Assembly: GCA_963674825.1 (NCBI GenBank)
Contig: OY771587.1
Coordinates: 608,001 to 672,000, forward strand
Reading direction: 5' to 3'
Length of the DNA: 64,000 nucleotides
Source of the DNA: Candidatus Cloacimonadales bacterium
GTDB lineage: Bacteria; Cloacimonadota; Cloacimonadia; Cloacimonadales; JAIOQZ01
Shown: positions 60,410 to 64,000 of the stretch, piece after piece
Numbering within the stretch: the stretch's first letter is position 1
Layout of the letters: each line of letters begins with the position of its first letter
Translations under genes and position numbers: made by a program
The notes under the pieces: generated by a model
The model's input: only the letters and a program-made list of their open reading frames with translations
What the model was told of the DNA's origin: nothing
Databases searched by the model: none

Positions 60410-61116
60410 CTTCCCTCCCTGTAGCAAAGCATTGGATAGAATTTCAGCATGAATGTCGTGGTGTGGGCGTGAAAATCCATCCCCTCCCTTTCGTGTGTCT
60501 CATACGGTTCTGCATCATCGCGATAGTCGTAATGCAGCTTCCCGGAATTGTTCTCGTGCAATATGGAAAACTCGGCGCAAATCGCCAACCTGGGGAAAAT
60601 CCTGTAATTGAAACCAAGCGACGGGCCGATTCCCAAATTGAAATATGATGTCTCGCGCTCAAACCTGTAGGAGTCATTGTATTCGGTTCTTCCGGAATAG
60701 TTATTGTCGGAGAACCCTCCCTGTAAAAGAATCGTGGGACCTACCCACAGCCTGTATTTCTCTGTGCGTAGAATCTTGAATCCGAAGGTGTGTTCCGTTG
60801 AAAACAGGATGAAATCTTCGTCTCGCATGTCGTCCCAGAACATGTCCGAATAGCGTCGATGCAACGTTCCGTATTTCCACTTCATACGATAGTTGAACAG
60901 CGAAGTTTTATTGATGTTGGTATCCATCACAAACCCGACATTCCAACAATAGGATTCGAACGAGACATTGCGTCCATCGCCATGCAAGGAAACGCTTCCG
61001 TCCACGCTGTAATCCGCCTCACCAGTCTCCCAGCCAAACTCCTGTCCGAAACCGATGCCTCCAGCGCACAACGATCCTGCTATTAGGATAAGCAAGACGA
61101 CCAGACAAACCCTCAT
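60406..61116 (-). CDS. Putative outer-membrane beta-barrel protein, paralog 1
   Basis: GGIGFG, GFVMDTN..LFNYRMKW, STEHTFGF, RLWVGPT; SD AGGAGG. Confidence 0.75.
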   Translation of the reverse strand: MRVCLVVLLILIAGSLCAGGIGFGQEFGWETGEADYSVDGSVSLHGDGRNVSFESYCWNVGFVMDTNINKTSLFNYRMKWKYGTLHRRYSDMFWDDMRDEDFILFSTEHTFGFKILRTEKYRLWVGPTILLQGGFSDNNYSGRTEYNDSYRFERETSYFNLGIGPSLGFNYRIFPRLAICAEFSILHENNSGKLHYDYRDDAEPYETHEREGMDFHAHTTTFMLKFYPMLCYREGR

Positions 61117-61178
61117 CTACCCTCCTGAAGTCCGTATTACAAAACCGTAGACTTCTGAAGGGATCTGTCAAGCTTTCG

Positions 61179-62759
61179 TTACTTCACCGGCTTCGCCTTC
61201 AACTGATTTCCCATCACGGTAACCACCATCTGACTGATTCGCCCATCTGTACGCTCGAATTCTACCGTAAAAGTATAGGGTGCTTTGACAAAGAAATGAT
61301 CCTTCGATTCGCACCGCAATCCAATAGACTGCCCGTGATCGAACAACCGCAACTCGTTATCGACCACTCGCAGCTCCATGTGGTCATCGGGCGTAATCTC
61401 ATATTCACCTGCGAATTCTGTGAGCTCATCTTCAGACAGCGTAATGAAGGGTTTCTCAGGGAATACCGGCTCGTTTTCGCGTGCTTCACGTGCTTCGCGG
61501 TACTGATGAAAGAGTGCATTACGCATTCTTGCGGGGACCTTCACACCTGCACCGACCTCATTCCAGGTTATGGCGTTATCGTACTTGCTGCGCGTTTTGT
61601 CGAGCTCAAGGTTGCTCCAGACGCACAGACTGCCATTCAGTACCGTACCATTACAGAGCACCCGGATTTCATCTTGATTCATCGCGGATCGATAGATACC
61701 CGCATTCGCGTACTTCGCACCAGAACCGGTGTCGAGATTGAACACCTGCGGTTGAAGCTGAGCTTCGATCGTCTTGACCAACTGATCATTGAGGTAAAAC
61801 TCAATCCTTCCATCCAGATAATACTGCGAGATCGTTACACGCAGTGGACCAGCCTCATTCTGCTGGGCAACATCGTCATATTTCTGGCCTTTCCATTCGA
61901 TACCCAAGCCGTCTTTGTCATACCGAACCATAAGCGTCCCTTCTACGCCCTCGATTCTTGCCTTTTGCACAGCTTTGTCTGCCATACAATCGAACGTAAA
62001 AGTAAAGCTGTGCATCATGGAAGTCGGGATGTAGGTAAATGCTTTCAGGTTATTACGATAGTCTTTACCCATCCTGGGATTCAACGCGGCTGTGTTTTGC
62101 GCCGGACTTGCCCGAAAGATACCCGGTTCTATCACGTAAAACATCTCCTCGTGACCAAGGTTCTCCGGGTGATCACCTTCGAAAGTGGTTCCTTCCGGGA
62201 ATTTTCCCTTTCCATCGTCCAGTGCACCAAGGAAGTTGATCGTCGGCACATCCCATTGCGCAACTTCGATGTTCATGGCCCGTACGGCGTTGTATTCCTC
62301 TTCGCCGAAACTGTCATTGGGATAGCACAGCCCTACGATAGGCTCGATCCCATTTTCGCGGCATAGCGCGATAATCTTCTTCAGTCCTTGGCGATAATGC
62401 GCCATAACCGAATCGACAGGCGCTCTTCCCAGGCCTTCGTTCGCCATCGCGAGTCCAATCAACGCGTAGTCGGGCTTCAGATCTATCAGGTCGGGTTGGA
62501 TTCTGCGCAGTGACGATTTCGTATTGTCGCCCGGCACACTGTTCACAATCACCTCATAATCGCTCATGGCGCGCTGCAAGCGGTAGGCGTAGCCATTTTG
62601 CATGTCGTAGCGTTCTTTATAACTCGTTACCCAGCCGGCTGCGACAGACGATCCGAAAACGACGATTTTCTTTTTCTCGCCGGCGTTCAATGCCGACCCA
62701 ATCATGGTCAATAGTATTGAGGTGGCAACGATACGAAGAAATGAAACTTTGAATCTCAT
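61179..62759 (-). CDS. Secreted SGNH/GDSL hydrolase with additional C-terminal domains
   Basis: Signal peptide, VVFGSSVAAG, NSVPGDNT, LAMANE, EGDHPENLGH; beta-rich middle; tail ELTEFAGEYE resembles DUF3471-type domains. Confidence 0.75.
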   Translation of the reverse strand: MRFKVSFLRIVATSILLTMIGSALNAGEKKKIVVFGSSVAAGWVTSYKERYDMQNGYAYRLQRAMSDYEVIVNSVPGDNTKSSLRRIQPDLIDLKPDYALIGLAMANEGLGRAPVDSVMAHYRQGLKKIIALCRENGIEPIVGLCYPNDSFGEEEYNAVRAMNIEVAQWDVPTINFLGALDDGKGKFPEGTTFEGDHPENLGHEEMFYVIEPGIFRASPAQNTAALNPRMGKDYRNNLKAFTYIPTSMMHSFTFTFDCMADKAVQKARIEGVEGTLMVRYDKDGLGIEWKGQKYDDVAQQNEAGPLRVTISQYYLDGRIEFYLNDQLVKTIEAQLQPQVFNLDTGSGAKYANAGIYRSAMNQDEIRVLCNGTVLNGSLCVWSNLELDKTRSKYDNAITWNEVGAGVKVPARMRNALFHQYREAREARENEPVFPEKPFITLSEDELTEFAGEYEITPDDHMELRVVDNELRLFDHGQSIGLRCESKDHFFVKAPYTFTVEFERTDGRISQMVVTVMGNQLKAKPVK

Positions 62760-62962
62760 ATGCATATCCTTTTTTCCTTTCTGTAATCGCAATTGCGGTA
62801 CCAATTAAATCGAGCAAAATCAAGCCGAATATCGCCATCTTGCATATCGTAATGATATGTTGATGCTCGATTCGATATTACCTCAGGTCAATGATTGAAT
62901 AAATCTTGACCATTAAACGCACTGTACCAGAAATAGCCCAAACACCATAAAGTGGAGGCATC

Positions 62963-63883
62963 ATGAAAGTATTAGTTGCAACCGAGAAACCTTTTGCTCC
63001 CGTAGCAGTTAACGGCATCCGCGAGATCGTGGAGAAAGCGGGATACGAACTTGTCTTACTCGAAAAGTACACCGACAAATCCGAGCTGCTCGAAGCGGTC
63101 AAGGATGTTGACGCGCTGATCATCCGCAGTGACAAGGTCACCGAAGAGGTTATCGGAGCGGCTCAGAACCTTAAGATCGTGGTTCGTGCAGGCGCTGGTT
63201 ACGACAACGTCGATCTCAAAGCCGCCACGGCGAAGAACGTCACCGTGATGAACACACCTGGACAGAACTCGAACGCCGTCGCCGAACTCGCGCTGGGCAT
63301 GATGGTTTACATGGCTCGCGGACAGTTTAACGGCAAGGCCGGTACCGAGCTCAAGGGTAAAAAGCTGGGCATCCACGCATACGGTCATGTCGGACTCAAC
63401 ATCGCCCGTATCGCACAGGGTTTCGGCATGGAAGTCTGCGCACTCGATCCGTTCGTTTCCGCAGAGAAAATGCAGAAAGATAACGTCACACCGATGAAAT
63501 CTGCCGAAGAAATGTACTCGTCCTGCGACTACATTTCCCTCAACCTTCCGCTCATCGAAGCCACGCGCGGCATGGTCAATTTCCAGCTCATGAGCATGAT
63601 GAAAGAAGGCGCATGCATCGTCAACACCGCCCGTAAGGAAGTGGTCGATGAAGAAAGCCTCAAAGAGATCATGGAAAAACGCAACGACCTCAAGTACGTC
63701 TCCGATGTCGCCCCAACCATCGCCGATGAACTCCTCGAGAATTACGGCGATCGCTGCTACTTCACACCTAAGAAGATGGGTGCGCAGACCCAGGAAGCAA
63801 ACATCAACGCAGGTCTCGCAGCCGCAAGCCAGATCGTCGGATTCCTCCAGAACGGAGACACGACTTTCAAGGTAAACAAATAG
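62963..63883 (+). CDS. serA: D-3-phosphoglycerate dehydrogenase, short Lys-type form
   Basis: RAGAGYDNVD, NTPGQNSNAVAE, VNTARKEVVDE, TPKKMGAQT; no ACT domain; SD GGAGG. Confidence 0.8.
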   Translation: MKVLVATEKPFAPVAVNGIREIVEKAGYELVLLEKYTDKSELLEAVKDVDALIIRSDKVTEEVIGAAQNLKIVVRAGAGYDNVDLKAATAKNVTVMNTPGQNSNAVAELALGMMVYMARGQFNGKAGTELKGKKLGIHAYGHVGLNIARIAQGFGMEVCALDPFVSAEKMQKDNVTPMKSAEEMYSSCDYISLNLPLIEATRGMVNFQLMSMMKEGACIVNTARKEVVDEESLKEIMEKRNDLKYVSDVAPTIADELLENYGDRCYFTPKKMGAQTQEANINAGLAAASQIVGFLQNGDTTFKVNK

Positions 63884-63917
63884 CATTCGAAGCGAATAAC
63901 AACCTTTGCATACATCA

Positions 63918-63946
63918 AGGGGCTACCAACATGGTTGCCCCTCTTT
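63918..63946 (+). terminator. Probable terminator after serA
   Basis: AGGGGC-T-ACCA-ACA-TGGT-T-GCCCCT then CTTT. Confidence 0.55.
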
Positions 63947-64000
63947 GCATGATGTCAGATTCGTTCAAGCCCGAGCAGCCGTGTTCATCCACTTCGAAGA

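Noticed and set aside
779..63886. Many long antisense or alternate-frame ORFs (e.g. 779-1444+, 3951-5003+, 9967-10794+, 36604-37659-, 44790-45677-, 53685-54989-, 55925-56962-, 61296-62366+, 63056-63886-)
   Set aside because: They lie opposite well-supported genes, have no motifs or SD, and are expected shadows of codon bias
63947..64000. Possible 3' end of a minus-strand gene at the window edge
   Set aside because: Too short to fix frame or identity

Overview
Bacterial, diderm-type window (FadL porin, beta-barrel OMPs, lipoprotein). The protein style suggests an anaerobe such as Cloacimonadota, but this is not provable from the sequence. Five blocks: (1) 1-3.5 kb: truncated 7TM-HD (PgpH-like) gene, LysM protein, lipoprotein, FadL. 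(2) 3.8-23.1 kb: 14-gene minus-strand glycan biosynthesis/modification cluster (TPR-ArnC-like GT2, two AsnB amidotransferases, two sulfotransferases, two GT4, SAM methyltransferase, epimerase, two DegT aminotransferases, GNAT, B12 radical SAM, GT-C-TPR). It has no flippase, polymerase or exporter, and has several intergenic palindromic repeats. (3) 23.5-50.7 kb: large signalling island with six HisKA kinases, about 11 REC domains and a chemosensory operon (CheA with two Hpt domains, CheW, free Cache protein, MCP, CheR, CheB), but no DNA-binding output domain. (4) 51-57 kb: ferritin-like protein, an apparently catalytically dead Bpu10I-like nuclease, hutU, amidohydrolase, phosphohexomutase. (5) 57-64 kb: tandem array of six paralogous beta-barrel OMP genes (the last frameshifted), SGNH hydrolase, Lys-type SerA. 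No tRNA, rRNA, CRISPR array or transposase was seen. All family calls come from motif recognition by eye; no searches were run.
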